A stretch of DNA of 64,000 bases from an uncultured archaeon (GCA_964608675.1 CAZSOZ010000003.1:10900-74899); one strand, 5' to 3'; positions 52,461 to 63,224 are shown, numbered from the stretch's first letter. Program-made: numbers and translations. Notes: generated from the letters alone by a model not told the origin.

Positions 52461-53726
52461 TTGAAGATTTCTGTTATTGGAACAGGTTATGTTGGACTAA
52501 TTTCAGGCACAGGTCTTGCTTTGAATGGCCATCAAATTGTCTGTATTGACAGCAATAAAGAAAAAGTTGATTTAATTAACAGTAAAGTTCCTCCTATTTT
52601 TGAAAAAGGCCTTAAGGAAGCCTTGAATAAAATTGTTCCTGACAGGCTTTCTGCTTCATCTGATTTAAAAAAAGCTGTTTTGGATTCTGATGTTTCTTTT
52701 GTTTGTGTTGGAACTCCGTGCAGTAAAGAAGGAAAATGCGATTTGACTGCAGTTGAATCTGTTGTAAAGGAAATTGCTTTGGCTTTAAAGGAAAAGACTT
52801 CTTTTCATACAATTGTAATTAAGAGCACTGTTGTTCCTTCCACTACTGAAAAACTTGTTTTGCCTTTGCTTGAAGAATTTTCAGGAAAAAAGCTGGGAGA
52901 GTTTGGCTTGTGTATGAATCCTGAAACTTTAAGGGAAGGTTTTGCTTTAGAGGATTTTTTGAATCCTGACAGAATTATTCTTGGAATTCAGGATGATAAA
53001 ACCAGAAAAGCAATGAAGGAAGTTTATTCTTCTTTTTCTTCTCCTAAATTTTTTTGCGGTTTTTCTGAAGCTGAAATGATTAAATATGCTTCCAATTCCT
53101 TGCTTGCAGCAAAAATTTCTTTTATTAATGAAATCGGAAACATCTGCAAGAAACTTGAAATAAATACTTATACTGTTGCTGAAGGAGTTGGATTAGACAA
53201 AAGGATTTCCCCTCATTTTTTGAATGCAGGAATAGGTTTTGGCGGAAGCTGTTTTCCTAAAGATGTTTCTGCTTTGATTGCAAAAGGAAATGAACTTAAT
53301 ATTGAAACTTTTTTGTTGGATTCTGTAATGAAAGTGAATGATTTTCAGCCTAAAATTTTTTTGGATTTAATTAAATCTAAAACAGAATTAAAAGAAAAAA
53401 AAGTTGGTGTTTTGGGGCTTGCGTTTAAGGCAGGAACTGATGATATAAGGGAAAGTCGTTCTATTCCTGTAATTAAAATGCTTTTGGATGAAGAAGCAGA
53501 AATTCTGGCTTTTGATCCTCAGGCTGAAGAAAACATGAAAAAAGAGTTTCCTGAAATTTCTTATTTTGATTCTGCTCAAAAAACAGTTGATGAAAGCGAT
53601 TTAGTTTTGATTTTAACTGAATGGAGCGAATTTTCTTTTCTTGAATTTAAAAACAAGCCGGTTTTTGATGCAAGAAACATTTTTAAGAATAATAAACCCA
53701 AAAACTATGAAGGGCTGTCTTGGTGA
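52461..53726 (+). CDS. ugd: UDP-glucose 6-dehydrogenase (nucleotide-sugar dehydrogenase)
   Basis: KISVIGTGYVGLISG Rossmann motif and the catalytic GFGGSCFPKD. The track ORF starts at ATG 52416 with an odd hydrophobic leader. The TTG at 52461 gives the canonical N-terminus. Confidence 0.85.
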   Translation: MKISVIGTGYVGLISGTGLALNGHQIVCIDSNKEKVDLINSKVPPIFEKGLKEALNKIVPDRLSASSDLKKAVLDSDVSFVCVGTPCSKEGKCDLTAVESVVKEIALALKEKTSFHTIVIKSTVVPSTTEKLVLPLLEEFSGKKLGEFGLCMNPETLREGFALEDFLNPDRIILGIQDDKTRKAMKEVYSSFSSPKFFCGFSEAEMIKYASNSLLAAKISFINEIGNICKKLEINTYTVAEGVGLDKRISPHFLNAGIGFGGSCFPKDVSALIAKGNELNIETFLLDSVMKVNDFQPKIFLDLIKSKTELKEKKVGVLGLAFKAGTDDIRESRSIPVIKMLLDEEAEILAFDPQAEENMKKEFPEISYFDSAQKTVDESDLVLILTEWSEFSFLEFKNKPVFDARNIFKNNKPKNYEGLSW

Positions 53727-53733
53727 TGTTTGA

Positions 53734-54618
53734 ATGAGTGAAGAAATTAAACCTGTAAAAAAAGCTGTTATTCCTGCTGCAGGGCTTGGAACAAGGTTTC
53801 TGCCTGCAAGCAAGGCTGTTCCAAAGGAAATGTTTCCTGTTGTTGACAAGCCTGCAATCCAGTATATTATTGAAGAAGCAGTTGATTCAGGAATAGAAGA
53901 CATTATTATTGTGACAGGAAAAGACAAAACTGCTATTGAAGATCATTTTGACAGAGTTCCTGAATTGTATTCAAAGCTTGAAGAAAAAGGAAAGAAAGAC
54001 TGGCTTTTAATGCTTGAAAAAATTGATGGTTTGGCTGACATTCATTTTATCCGTCAGAAAGAGCCTTTGGGTTTGGGTCATGCAGTTTTGTGTGCCAAAA
54101 AACATATTGGAAACGAGCCTTTTGCTGTGCTTCTTGGAGACGATTTAATTTTGTCTGATAAACCTGCTTTAAAGAAATTAATTAATATTTATGAAAAAAA
54201 TGATTCTTCTGTTTTGTGTGTTCAAAATGTTCCCAAAAAAGAAATTCCTTTGTATGGAGTAATTAAATACAAAAAAGTTAACGGACAAATTGTTGTTGAA
54301 AACATGGTTGAAAAACCTCCTATAAGCAAGGCTCCTTCAAGTCTGGCTATTGTTGGAAGATATTTATTGAAGCCTGAAATTTTTGGGATTCTTGAAGAAA
54401 TTCCTTTTGGCAAAGGAAAGGAACTTCAGTTAACTGATGCTTTAAGGATTTTGAATGAAATTGACAAACTAATGGCTTATGAAATTGATGACGGAAAATG
54501 GCTTACTGTTGGAGACAAAACAAGTTATTTGAAGGCCAACTTAGAGTTTGCTTTAAAGAGAGCTGAAATGAGAAAGGACATTCTTTTGTTTATTAAGGAA
54601 ATAAACAAGAGAGTTTAA
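53734..54618 (+). CDS. galU: UTP--glucose-1-phosphate uridylyltransferase
   Basis: KAVIPAAGLGTRFLPASKAVPKEMFPVVDKPAIQYIIEEA is the GalU signature. Confidence 0.85.
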   Translation: MSEEIKPVKKAVIPAAGLGTRFLPASKAVPKEMFPVVDKPAIQYIIEEAVDSGIEDIIIVTGKDKTAIEDHFDRVPELYSKLEEKGKKDWLLMLEKIDGLADIHFIRQKEPLGLGHAVLCAKKHIGNEPFAVLLGDDLILSDKPALKKLINIYEKNDSSVLCVQNVPKKEIPLYGVIKYKKVNGQIVVENMVEKPPISKAPSSLAIVGRYLLKPEIFGILEEIPFGKGKELQLTDALRILNEIDKLMAYEIDDGKWLTVGDKTSYLKANLEFALKRAEMRKDILLFIKEINKRV

Positions 54619-54633
54619 TTAAGGTTTTTTTTT

Positions 54634-55566
54634 ATGATTAAAGTTTTGGTTTCCGGTGGAGCAGGTTTTATTGGAAGCCATTTATGTGACAAATTAATTG
54701 AAGAAAAAAAAGAAGTTTTTTGTATTGACAGTCTTGTTTCAGGAACAAAAAAAAACATTCAGCATTTAATGAAAAACAGTAATTTTCATTTTTTAGAACA
54801 AGATGTAAACAAACTTGTTTTTGAAGAAAAAGTTAATGAAGTTTTTCATTTGGCTTCTTTGGCTTCTCCTGCTGACTATTTTTCTAAGCCAATTGACACA
54901 ATGCTTGTGGGTTCAATTGGAACAAAAAATTTGTTGGATTTGGCTTTGAAGAACAAAGCAAAATTTTTGTTTACTTCTACTTCTGAAGTTTACGGAGATC
55001 CTTTGGTTCATCCTCAAAAAGAATCTTATTGGGGGAACGTTAATCCGATTGGAAAGCGTTCTTGTTATGATGAATCAAAGCGTTTTTCTGAAGCTTTAAT
55101 TAAGGCTTTTGAAAGAGAATTTGAATTCAAGGGAAAAATTGTAAGAATTTTTAATACTTACGGCTCAAGAATGAGAATAAACGATGGAAGAATTGTCCCT
55201 AATTTTATTAATCAGGCTTTAAACAATAAGCCTTTGACTGTTTATGGTTCAGGAAAGCAGACAAGAAGTTTTTGTTTTGTTTCTGACATGATTGACGGAA
55301 TAATTAAAATGATGAATTCTAATTTAACTGGTCCAATTAATCTTGGAAACCCTGAAGAGTATTCTGTTTTGGAGTTTGCAGAAAAAATTAAGAAAGCAAG
55401 CGGAAAAGAACTTGAAATAAAATTTTTGTCTGCTTTGGAGGATGACCCTAAACAAAGAAAACCTGATATTTCTCTTGCAAGAAAAAAACTTAATTGGAAT
55501 CCTGAATTTTCTTTGGATGAAGGATTAAAAATTACTTTGGATTATTTCCGTAAGGCTAATCTTTAA
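54634..55566 (+). CDS. UDP-glucuronate decarboxylase (UDP-xylose synthase)-like SDR
   Basis: KVLVSGGAGFIGSHLCDKL and a YDESKRFSE catalytic motif. Length is about 310 aa, as for UXS. Confidence 0.75.
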   Translation: MIKVLVSGGAGFIGSHLCDKLIEEKKEVFCIDSLVSGTKKNIQHLMKNSNFHFLEQDVNKLVFEEKVNEVFHLASLASPADYFSKPIDTMLVGSIGTKNLLDLALKNKAKFLFTSTSEVYGDPLVHPQKESYWGNVNPIGKRSCYDESKRFSEALIKAFEREFEFKGKIVRIFNTYGSRMRINDGRIVPNFINQALNNKPLTVYGSGKQTRSFCFVSDMIDGIIKMMNSNLTGPINLGNPEEYSVLEFAEKIKKASGKELEIKFLSALEDDPKQRKPDISLARKKLNWNPEFSLDEGLKITLDYFRKANL

Positions 55567-55599
55567 TTGTGTTTTGTTAATTATTTTTATTGATTAAAA

Positions 55600-56064
55600 A
55601 TGATTGAAGGAATTAAAATAAAAAAATTAAAGAGAATTGATGACGAAAGAGGTTATTTAATGGAAATTTTAAGGAATGATGACGAAATTTTTGAGGAATT
55701 TGGTCAGGCTTACATTACTTGTGTTAAGCCTGATTACGTTAAAGGCTGGCATATGCATGAACATCAGACAGACCATTTTGTGTGTGTTAAAGGAAACGCA
55801 AGAGTTGTTTTGTGCGATAAAAGAGAAAACTCAAAAACTTTTAATGAAGTAAATGAATTCATTTTAGGAGAAAAAGAAGAAAACAGAATTTTATTAAAGA
55901 TTCCAAAAAAAGTAATGCATGGCTTTGAGTCTGCTGACAGCAAAGAAGCTTTGATTTTAAATTTTCCAACCAAAACATATAATTATGATGACCCTGATGA
56001 AATAAGGCTTCCTTTTAATTCAAAAGAAATTGATTTTGAATGGAAAGCAAAAAAAGGCGGTTGA
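55600..56064 (+). CDS. rmlC: dTDP-4-dehydrorhamnose 3,5-epimerase (cupin)
   Basis: RmlC-like cupin motifs (DERGYLMEI, GWHMHEHQTDHFVCVKGN). It lies immediately upstream of rmlB. Confidence 0.8.
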   Translation: MIEGIKIKKLKRIDDERGYLMEILRNDDEIFEEFGQAYITCVKPDYVKGWHMHEHQTDHFVCVKGNARVVLCDKRENSKTFNEVNEFILGEKEENRILLKIPKKVMHGFESADSKEALILNFPTKTYNYDDPDEIRLPFNSKEIDFEWKAKKGG

Positions 56065-57021
56065 ATGAATTTACTTGTAACAGGCGGAGCAGGATTCATT
56101 GGAAGCAATTTCATTAAACGCTTTATTGAATTTTATCCTGAAGCAAGAATAGTTAATTTAGATAAATTAACTTATGCCGGCAGGCTTGAAAACTTAAAAG
56201 AACTTGAAGGCAACAAAAATTACAAGTTCATTAAAGGAGACATTTGCAATAAAAAAACAGTTCAAAAAGCAGTTAAAGGAATTGATATAATAATTAATTT
56301 TGCTGCTGAATCTCATGTTGACCGTTCAATTGTTTCTCCTGAAGACTTCATTAAAACAGATGTTTTTGGAACTTTTGTTTTATTAGAGGAAGCAAGAAAA
56401 AATGATTTGCAGGTAATTCAGATTTCAACAGATGAAGTTTATGGAAGCATCGAAAACGGTTTTTTTACTGAAGAAAGCCCTTTAATGCCTTCTTCTCCTT
56501 ATTCTGCTTCCAAGGCTGGAGCAGACAGACTGTGTTTTTCTTATTTCAAAACTTATGGTTTGAATGTAAAAATAACCCGTTCTTCCAATAATTTTGGTTC
56601 AAACCAGTTTCCAGAAAAATTAATTCCTTTATTTATTACAAACCTTTTGGAAGAAAAAAAAGTTCCGGTGTATGGAGACGGAAAAAATGTAAGGGACTGG
56701 ATTTTTGTTAAAGACAACTGTGATGCAATAATTAAAGTAATGAATAAAGGAGAAAAAGGGGAAACTTATAATATTGGGGGCGAAAACGAAAAAACTAATT
56801 TAGAAATAACTGAATTCATTTTAAATGAATTAGGAAAAGGAAATGAATTCATTGAATTTGTTGAAGACAGAAAAGGACATGATTTAAGGTATGCTTTGGA
56901 TTGCACTAAAATAAAAAAACTTGGCTTTAAGCCAAATCATTCTTTTGATGATGCGTTAAAGGAAACAATTAATTGGTATAAAAATAATTTTTGGTGGTGG
57001 AAGCCATTAAAGAAAAACTGA
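56065..57021 (+). CDS. rmlB: dTDP-glucose 4,6-dehydratase
   Basis: NLLVTGGAGFIGSNF, YSASKAGAD (YxxxK) and the DEVYG motif. The start TGAATG overlaps the rmlC stop. Confidence 0.9.
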   Translation: MNLLVTGGAGFIGSNFIKRFIEFYPEARIVNLDKLTYAGRLENLKELEGNKNYKFIKGDICNKKTVQKAVKGIDIIINFAAESHVDRSIVSPEDFIKTDVFGTFVLLEEARKNDLQVIQISTDEVYGSIENGFFTEESPLMPSSPYSASKAGADRLCFSYFKTYGLNVKITRSSNNFGSNQFPEKLIPLFITNLLEEKKVPVYGDGKNVRDWIFVKDNCDAIIKVMNKGEKGETYNIGGENEKTNLEITEFILNELGKGNEFIEFVEDRKGHDLRYALDCTKIKKLGFKPNHSFDDALKETINWYKNNFWWWKPLKKN

Positions 57022-57872
57022 TTTTTTTAATCGGCAAAGGTTTTCTTGGAACAAAAATTGTTTCTGTTTTCAAAGAAAAAGGAATCAAAGTTATTACTGC
57101 AGGCCTTGAAGAAAAAAATGATTATTCTTTGGATATAACTGACGAACAATCTTTGATTTATTTGTTTAAAGACTTGAATCCTGATATTGTTTTGTTGCCT
57201 GCTGGAATAACAAATGTTGACTATTGTGAAGCAGAACAAGAAAAAGCAATAGAAGTCAATATTGAGGGAACAAGAAATGTTGTTGATGCATGCCGTGCTT
57301 TTAATTCAAAATTAGTTTTTTTTTCAACTGATTATGTTTTTGACGGAAAAAAAGGAAATTACACAGAAAAAAACAAAGTTAATCCAATTAATTTTTACGG
57401 CAAAACAAAAGTTAAAGGAGAACAGTTTGTTAAAGGATTAGAAGATTATTTGATTGCAAGAGTTTCTGCTTTATATGGCTTTAATTCAAATAAAGACAAA
57501 AACACTTTTGTAAGATATGCAGTTAATGAATTAAAGCAGGGAAACCAAATTACTGCAGTTAAATTAATTAACTGCCCTACTTTAATTGATGATGTTGCTG
57601 AAGCAGTTTTTTTTATGCTTGAAAAAAATTTTTCTGGATTATTTCATGTTGCAGGATGTGATTCTTGCTCCAAATATGATTTGCTTAAAAAAATCTGCAA
57701 GGTTTACGGTTTTGATTCATGCCAAATAAAAGAAGTTTTGTCGATTCCTAAATGGAAAGCTCAAAGGCCTGAAAACACTTCTCTTGATACAACTAAAATT
57801 CAACTGCAAGGAATTAAAATGAGTTCGGTGGAAGAAGGTTTATTGAAAATGAAGGAGCAAATGAAATTATGA
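56991..57872 (+). CDS. rmlD: dTDP-4-dehydrorhamnose reductase
   Basis: RmlD-like SDR (ALYGFNSNKDKNTFVR, TDYVFDGKKGNYTE). The track start TTG 56991 overlaps rmlB. GTG at 56994 or 56997 is also possible. Confidence 0.75.
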   Translation: MVVEAIKEKLIFLIGKGFLGTKIVSVFKEKGIKVITAGLEEKNDYSLDITDEQSLIYLFKDLNPDIVLLPAGITNVDYCEAEQEKAIEVNIEGTRNVVDACRAFNSKLVFFSTDYVFDGKKGNYTEKNKVNPINFYGKTKVKGEQFVKGLEDYLIARVSALYGFNSNKDKNTFVRYAVNELKQGNQITAVKLINCPTLIDDVAEAVFFMLEKNFSGLFHVAGCDSCSKYDLLKKICKVYGFDSCQIKEVLSIPKWKAQRPENTSLDTTKIQLQGIKMSSVEEGLLKMKEQMKL

Positions 57873-58591
57873 AAGGAGTAATTCTTGCTGGAGGAACCGG
57901 TTCAAGGCTTTTTCCTTTAACTAAAATTACAAACAAGCATTTGCTTCCAGTTTATAGTAAACCTATGATTTATTTTCCTATTGAAACTTTGCTTGATGCA
58001 GGAATAAAAGATATTTTGATTGTTTCAGGAAAAGAGCATGCAGGAGATTTTTTGAAGCTTTTGGGTTCAGGGAAAGAATTTAATGCAAGATTTACTTATG
58101 AAGTGCAGGAGGAAGCCGGAGGAATAGCCCAAGCATTGTCTTTGGCTGAAGATTTTGCTGACAAAGAAAAAATTGTTGTTGTTTTAGGAGACAACATTAT
58201 TGAAGATTCAATAAAGGAACAAGCAAAAGAATTCCAGAAAACTGATTCTGCTTTCATTTTTTTAAAAGAAGTCTCTGATGCACAAAGATTTGGTGTTCCT
58301 GAATTAAATGGAAAAAAAGTTCTTTCAATTGAAGAAAAACCCAAAAAACCTAAGAGCAGTTTTGCTGTCACAGGAATTTACATGTATCCTCCTGAAGTGT
58401 TTAAAGTAATCAAAAATTTGAAGCCGTCTGCAAGAGGAGAATTTGAAATAACTGATGTAAATAATTATTTTATTAGGAAAGGAAAACTTAAAGCAAATTT
58501 TTTGCAGGGTTTTTGGACTGATGCAGGAACATTTGAATCCCTGTTTCGTGCAACAAAACTAGTTAAAGAAAAACTTCATAACTCTGAGTAA
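57869..58591 (+). CDS. rmlA: Glucose-1-phosphate thymidylyltransferase (short form)
   Basis: MKGVILAGGTGSRLFPLTKITNKHLLPVYSKPMIYFPIETL. The ATGA start overlaps the rmlD stop. Confidence 0.85.
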   Translation: MKGVILAGGTGSRLFPLTKITNKHLLPVYSKPMIYFPIETLLDAGIKDILIVSGKEHAGDFLKLLGSGKEFNARFTYEVQEEAGGIAQALSLAEDFADKEKIVVVLGDNIIEDSIKEQAKEFQKTDSAFIFLKEVSDAQRFGVPELNGKKVLSIEEKPKKPKSSFAVTGIYMYPPEVFKVIKNLKPSARGEFEITDVNNYFIRKGKLKANFLQGFWTDAGTFESLFRATKLVKEKLHNSE

Positions 58592-59673
58592 ACTTTCAAG
58601 TATTTTTTCATTACTTTTTCTTTGCTGAACAATTCAGCTCTTTTTTTTGAAACTTGAACTGCTTTCTCATAAAATTTTTTGTTTGTTAAAATTTTTTCAA
58701 GCAATTCACTTAGTTTTTCTGTATTTCCTCTTTCAACTATTAATTCTTGTTCTTGTTTTATTCCTTTTGGGGATCCAATTGAATCAGTGCATACAACAGG
58801 TTTTCCTAAAACTACTGCTTCCATTAAACTTAATCCGAATGCATCTCCATGCAATGCAGGCACAACAACAGCTTCGCTTTGGCAGTAAAGCTTGTTTAAT
58901 TCTTCATCTGAAACAAATCCTTTTATTTCAGTGATTTCCTGCATTCCTTTTTCCTTTATTTTTTCCTTTAATTTTTCTTTTTCATATGCAGGGCCAACAA
59001 AAACCAGTTTTGCGTTAACTTTGTCTTTTATTTTTTCGAATGCTTCCAGCAAAACATATATTCCTTTGCTTTTATCTATTCTTCCTACAAATAAAATTAT
59101 TTTTTGTTCAGGTTTGTCGCAAGAAATTTTTTTGAATTTTTTTTCCGCCCATCCTTGCAAGGTAGTAATGTTTTTTTCTTTGAAGTATTTTTCTTTGAAG
59201 TGTTTTTCTAAATTCCAAGTATATGTTGTGGTTTTGTCTGCTTTCTTTAATGAATTCAATAAAAAGAATTTTTTTATTGGATTAGAAAAATTTTTTTCTA
59301 ATTGTTCTCTTCCAAAAAAAGTTATTACTGATTTTCCTTTCATTTTTTTTGCTAATTGTATTGTTGCAAGCAATGGAGGCATTGTATAGAATCCGTGATA
59401 AACATCATATTTTTCTAATTTTTTTCCTGCTTTAATGTAATCGTTTATTCTTTGCATTGGTTTTGTTTTATGTATTTCGTGTGTTTTGAATCTGTAAATT
59501 CTTACTCCTTTTGTTTCTTCTTTTTCTTTTAAGTTGTTCCAGTTAGGTGTAAGAATGTCTGTTTTGATTCCTTGTTTGTTTAACCATTGCGCGGCGCCAA
59601 AAACCAGTCTTTCTGTTCCTGCTTTGACAGGAAAAGCAAAATCTGAAATCAGCAGAATTTTTTTTGGTTGCAT
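58576..59673 (-). CDS. Family GT4 (GT1-like) glycosyltransferase
   Basis: The C-terminal domain has ALHGDAFGLSLMEAVVLGKPVV (E-x7-E motif). 365 aa. Confidence 0.75.
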   Translation of the reverse strand: MQPKKILLISDFAFPVKAGTERLVFGAAQWLNKQGIKTDILTPNWNNLKEKEETKGVRIYRFKTHEIHKTKPMQRINDYIKAGKKLEKYDVYHGFYTMPPLLATIQLAKKMKGKSVITFFGREQLEKNFSNPIKKFFLLNSLKKADKTTTYTWNLEKHFKEKYFKEKNITTLQGWAEKKFKKISCDKPEQKIILFVGRIDKSKGIYVLLEAFEKIKDKVNAKLVFVGPAYEKEKLKEKIKEKGMQEITEIKGFVSDEELNKLYCQSEAVVVPALHGDAFGLSLMEAVVLGKPVVCTDSIGSPKGIKQEQELIVERGNTEKLSELLEKILTNKKFYEKAVQVSKKRAELFSKEKVMKKYLKVYSEL

Positions 59674-60936
59674 TTAATCTTTTCCTATTATTTTGAATTC
59701 AGGCAAAGGAACAATAAATTTTCCGCCTTTTTCAAAGAATTCTTTTTCTCTTTCTTTGAATTCCTTTAAGAAGTGCCATGGGAGAATTAAAAAATAATCT
59801 GGGTGCTCTTTTCTTGCTTGTTCTTCTGAAATAATGGGAATCATTGTTCCAATTGTTTTTTTTCCAAATTTGTCTGAATTTCTTTCTGCTGCAGCAGAAA
59901 TCAGTTTGTTGTCTAATCCAAAAAACTGAAGCAGAGTGTTTCCTTTTGTTGATGCTCCGTACACATAAACTTTTTTTCCTTTTTTTGTTTCTTCTTGGAT
60001 GAATTCTTTTACTTCTTTTTTTATTTTGTTTACTCTTTCTGCAAAATCTTTGTAAGGCTTTTTTGTTTCTAATTCAAGTTTTTTTTCTTTTTCTCTTAAT
60101 TCTTCTAATTTTTTCTTTTCTTTTTCTGAAGCTTCAATTTGACTTCCTTTATGCTTAATGTAAATTCTGTAGCTTCCTCCGTTAACGTTATTTAATTCTG
60201 CTCCAATTGCTTGCATTTCATGTCTTTCCAGTAAGTTTTTAAGCGATGTCATTGAATAATATTCTAAATGCTCATGACATATGTTGTCAAATGCATTTTG
60301 TTCTAACATTAAGGGCAGATAACTCATTTGAATTATCCATAAACCGTTTTCGTCTAAAACTTTTTTTACATCTGCAACAAATGCATTAGGATCATCTAAA
60401 TCATAAAACATTGCAATGCTTGTAATCACTTTTGCTTTCTTTTCTCCAAACTCTTTTTTAAATGCTTGTGCATTAAAAAAATCATTAATTATTTTTGTTG
60501 TTCCTTTCTTTGAATATTTCAGTAAATTTTTTGCGGGATCAAATCCAATTAATTTTATTCCTGCTGTTTCATAGCTTCTTAATAATGTTCCGTCATTGCA
60601 CCCAATATCCAAAACTAAGTCTTCTTCTTTTAATTTAATTATTTCTTCTGCTTTTTTTGTTATATTCCCTAAAGCTTCAGTCATTGTTTTGTTCATTCCT
60701 GAACGATACCAGTAATTATGATACATTAATCCTGAAGGAGTAGTATGTTTTAATTGCAGTAAACCGCATCCTTCTGAACTCACATCACATAAATTGAGTT
60801 CTAAGGGAATTTTTGTTTGCTGTTCTTCTGGTGAATCAACAAAATTTGACACGTATTGGTTTCCTAATGAAAGTATTTTAATTAATTTTTGGTTTCCGCA
60901 AACCCTGCATTTTTGTATTTCTTTTGCTTTTTCCAT
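59674..60936 (-). CDS. NDP-hexose C-methyltransferase-like protein (zinc-ribbon plus SAM-MTase plus C-terminal domain)
   Basis: N-terminal CRVCGNQKL...CDVSSEGCG zinc ribbon, an LDIGCNDG SAM motif, and a roughly 420-aa architecture like TylC3-type sugar C-methyltransferases. Confidence 0.65.
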   Translation of the reverse strand: MEKAKEIQKCRVCGNQKLIKILSLGNQYVSNFVDSPEEQQTKIPLELNLCDVSSEGCGLLQLKHTTPSGLMYHNYWYRSGMNKTMTEALGNITKKAEEIIKLKEEDLVLDIGCNDGTLLRSYETAGIKLIGFDPAKNLLKYSKKGTTKIINDFFNAQAFKKEFGEKKAKVITSIAMFYDLDDPNAFVADVKKVLDENGLWIIQMSYLPLMLEQNAFDNICHEHLEYYSMTSLKNLLERHEMQAIGAELNNVNGGSYRIYIKHKGSQIEASEKEKKKLEELREKEKKLELETKKPYKDFAERVNKIKKEVKEFIQEETKKGKKVYVYGASTKGNTLLQFFGLDNKLISAAAERNSDKFGKKTIGTMIPIISEEQARKEHPDYFLILPWHFLKEFKEREKEFFEKGGKFIVPLPEFKIIGKD

Positions 60937-61042
60937 TAAACCACTAAAATCAATTTTATCATATTATTCTTGCAACAATTTAAATAAGTTAATTTTTTAA
61001 TCCAGTTTTGTACCAAAAACCGCTTTAATAAAAGAACTTAAA

Positions 61043-62578
61043 ATGAAAAAGTATTTAATTAAGTTCATTGGATTTTATTTAGTTAGTCACTTTTTTTTGG
61101 TTTATTTTATGAGTACAATAAGGACAATAGGAAAAAACGTTTGTTTTTTAAGTGCAGGGAATTTAATTCAAAAACTGCTTTCTTTGGCAATGGTAATTTA
61201 TTTAGCACAAAAGCTTGGAGTAGGGGATTTTGGCGTTTATTCTTTTGCTTTTTCTTTTGTTTTAATGTTTACTGTTTTTGGCGATTTAGGGGTTGGAACA
61301 TATATTTTGAGGGAAATAGCTAAAGACAAAATTAGGGCTTCAAGGCTTCTTGGAGATGCATTTATAGTTAAACTCGGCTTGTTTTTATTTGTTCTTTTAG
61401 CAATTTTTCTTTCAATACTTGCTTTTCATTTTTTTTCTCCAAATGAATACCCTTTTGTAGTGGTGTTTTTTGTTTTGCTTGCAGGCATTTCTTTATTGTT
61501 AGATTCAATGGCCGGATTGTTTAGAATGATTTTTTTTGCTTTCCAGGAAATGCAGTATGAATTTTTTGCCAACACCTTCTATAAACTTCTTTTAGTGATT
61601 TTGACTGCCGGAGTATTGTTTTTGGGTTTTGGATTAAAGGAAGTCTTTTTTGTTGCATTGTTTTCTAGTTTGGTTAATTTTGTTTTAAGTTTTGTTTTAG
61701 TACTAAAAAAATTTACTGTTCCAAAAATCCAAATAAATTTTTCTAGATACAAGAAATTAATTATTGCCGGCCTGCCTTTTTGTTTTTTGGCTGTTTTCAT
61801 GTCTTTTTATGCTAATATGGATTCTATTATGCTTTCTTTTTTTAAGGGAAATATTAGTGTTGGTTATTATTCTGCTGCAATGCGTTTAATTAATACGTTG
61901 TCTTTTATTCCTGCTGCTTTTATGTCAGCTATTTTTCCTATTATGGCTTCTTTTTTTGCTGGATCAAATAAATCCCTTAATTTGGTTATTTCAAAGTCAT
62001 TCAAGTATTTATTGATTGTTGTTTTGCCTGTTGCTTTTGCTACTACTCTTCTCTCTGGAAGAATAATTGAATTAATTTATCCTACAATTCAAGGAAACGA
62101 TTTTTCGCCTGCTGCTTCTGCTTTAACTATTTTAATTTGGTTTTCTGTTTTGAATTTCTTGAATTTGATTTTTTTAAATTCTTTGGCTTCAACTGCATTT
62201 GAAAAAAAAGCTTTAATTATTGTTGGTGTTTCTTTGTTTTTTAATTTTTTTCTTAATCTTTTTTTGATTCCTTTATTTGATTTTCAAGGAGCTGCTTTTG
62301 CCAGTGTTTTGTCTCAAATTGTTTTCTTTTTGCTTGGAGCATATTTTGTTTCAAAGTATTTCTTTGGTTTTCTTTCTTTTTTTAAACTAATTTTTAAAAC
62401 AGCAGTTAAGCCTTTGATTTCAAGTTTAATTGTTTTTGGTTTTATTTACTTTTTTTTTTATTTGAATTTTTTCATTTTGATTGTGATTTCTTTAGTTCTT
62501 TATTTGATTGCATTGTATTTAATTAAAGGTTTTGATGAAAAAGATATTTCTTTTTTCAGAAAACTGATTAACAAATAG
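61043..62578 (+). CDS. Polysaccharide biosynthesis flippase (MOP/Wzx-like)
   Basis: 511 aa with about 14 TM segments and Wzx-like composition (numerous aromatic and Gly residues). Confidence 0.7.
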   Translation: MKKYLIKFIGFYLVSHFFLVYFMSTIRTIGKNVCFLSAGNLIQKLLSLAMVIYLAQKLGVGDFGVYSFAFSFVLMFTVFGDLGVGTYILREIAKDKIRASRLLGDAFIVKLGLFLFVLLAIFLSILAFHFFSPNEYPFVVVFFVLLAGISLLLDSMAGLFRMIFFAFQEMQYEFFANTFYKLLLVILTAGVLFLGFGLKEVFFVALFSSLVNFVLSFVLVLKKFTVPKIQINFSRYKKLIIAGLPFCFLAVFMSFYANMDSIMLSFFKGNISVGYYSAAMRLINTLSFIPAAFMSAIFPIMASFFAGSNKSLNLVISKSFKYLLIVVLPVAFATTLLSGRIIELIYPTIQGNDFSPAASALTILIWFSVLNFLNLIFLNSLASTAFEKKALIIVGVSLFFNFFLNLFLIPLFDFQGAAFASVLSQIVFFLLGAYFVSKYFFGFLSFFKLIFKTAVKPLISSLIVFGFIYFFFYLNFFILIVISLVLYLIALYLIKGFDEKDISFFRKLINK

Positions 62579-62579
62579 T

Positions 62580-63224
62580 TTATTTGAATGCAACTAAAAC
62601 TATTGTATTGTTTGTTATGCCAATTAAACCCAAAAATTTTTGTATTGATATAACATGTTTTGTTTTTAGTATTCCTTTTCTTATCAGCCAGCCGAATCCT
62701 CTGATGCTTTTGCTTTCATGTTCAACAGAAAAATTTCTGAATCCTGCATCAAATGCCACTTGCTTTAATGACTGTTTTGTAAAAGGCCTCACATGCGTGT
62801 AATCGTCATAAAAGCTGCTGTGTTTTTTGTCATGCGTCCTAATCCAGTCATTTGTCATTACAACAAGTTTCCCGTTTTTTTTAAGGATTCTTCTCAATTC
62901 TTTGACCATAAATAAAGGATTTTGAATGTGTTCTATTACATAAGAAGAAAACACTGCATCAAATTCTTCGTTTTTGAATGAAAGTTTTTTTGTTAAATCC
63001 ATTTGCATTGCATTCAATCCTTTTTCTTTGCAGATTTTAATTGATTCTTCATCAAAATCTATTCCCTGAATTTGTTTTGGAGCAAGTGCAAGAAATGACC
63101 CGACACTGCATCCTGCTTCAAGGATTTTTCCTTTTACATCAGAAAAATAAGTTTGAAACAAAACACTTGTTTTTGCTGTATCAAAATTTTTTTTAGTAAA
63201 CTGTTTTTCTGTGTAATAACTCAT
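62580..63224 (-). CDS. Class I SAM-dependent methyltransferase
   Basis: ILEAGCSVGSF (motif I) and DAVFSSYVIEHI (motif II/post-I). 214 aa. Confidence 0.7.
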   Translation of the reverse strand: MSYYTEKQFTKKNFDTAKTSVLFQTYFSDVKGKILEAGCSVGSFLALAPKQIQGIDFDEESIKICKEKGLNAMQMDLTKKLSFKNEEFDAVFSSYVIEHIQNPLFMVKELRRILKKNGKLVVMTNDWIRTHDKKHSSFYDDYTHVRPFTKQSLKQVAFDAGFRNFSVEHESKSIRGFGWLIRKGILKTKHVISIQKFLGLIGITNNTIVLVAFK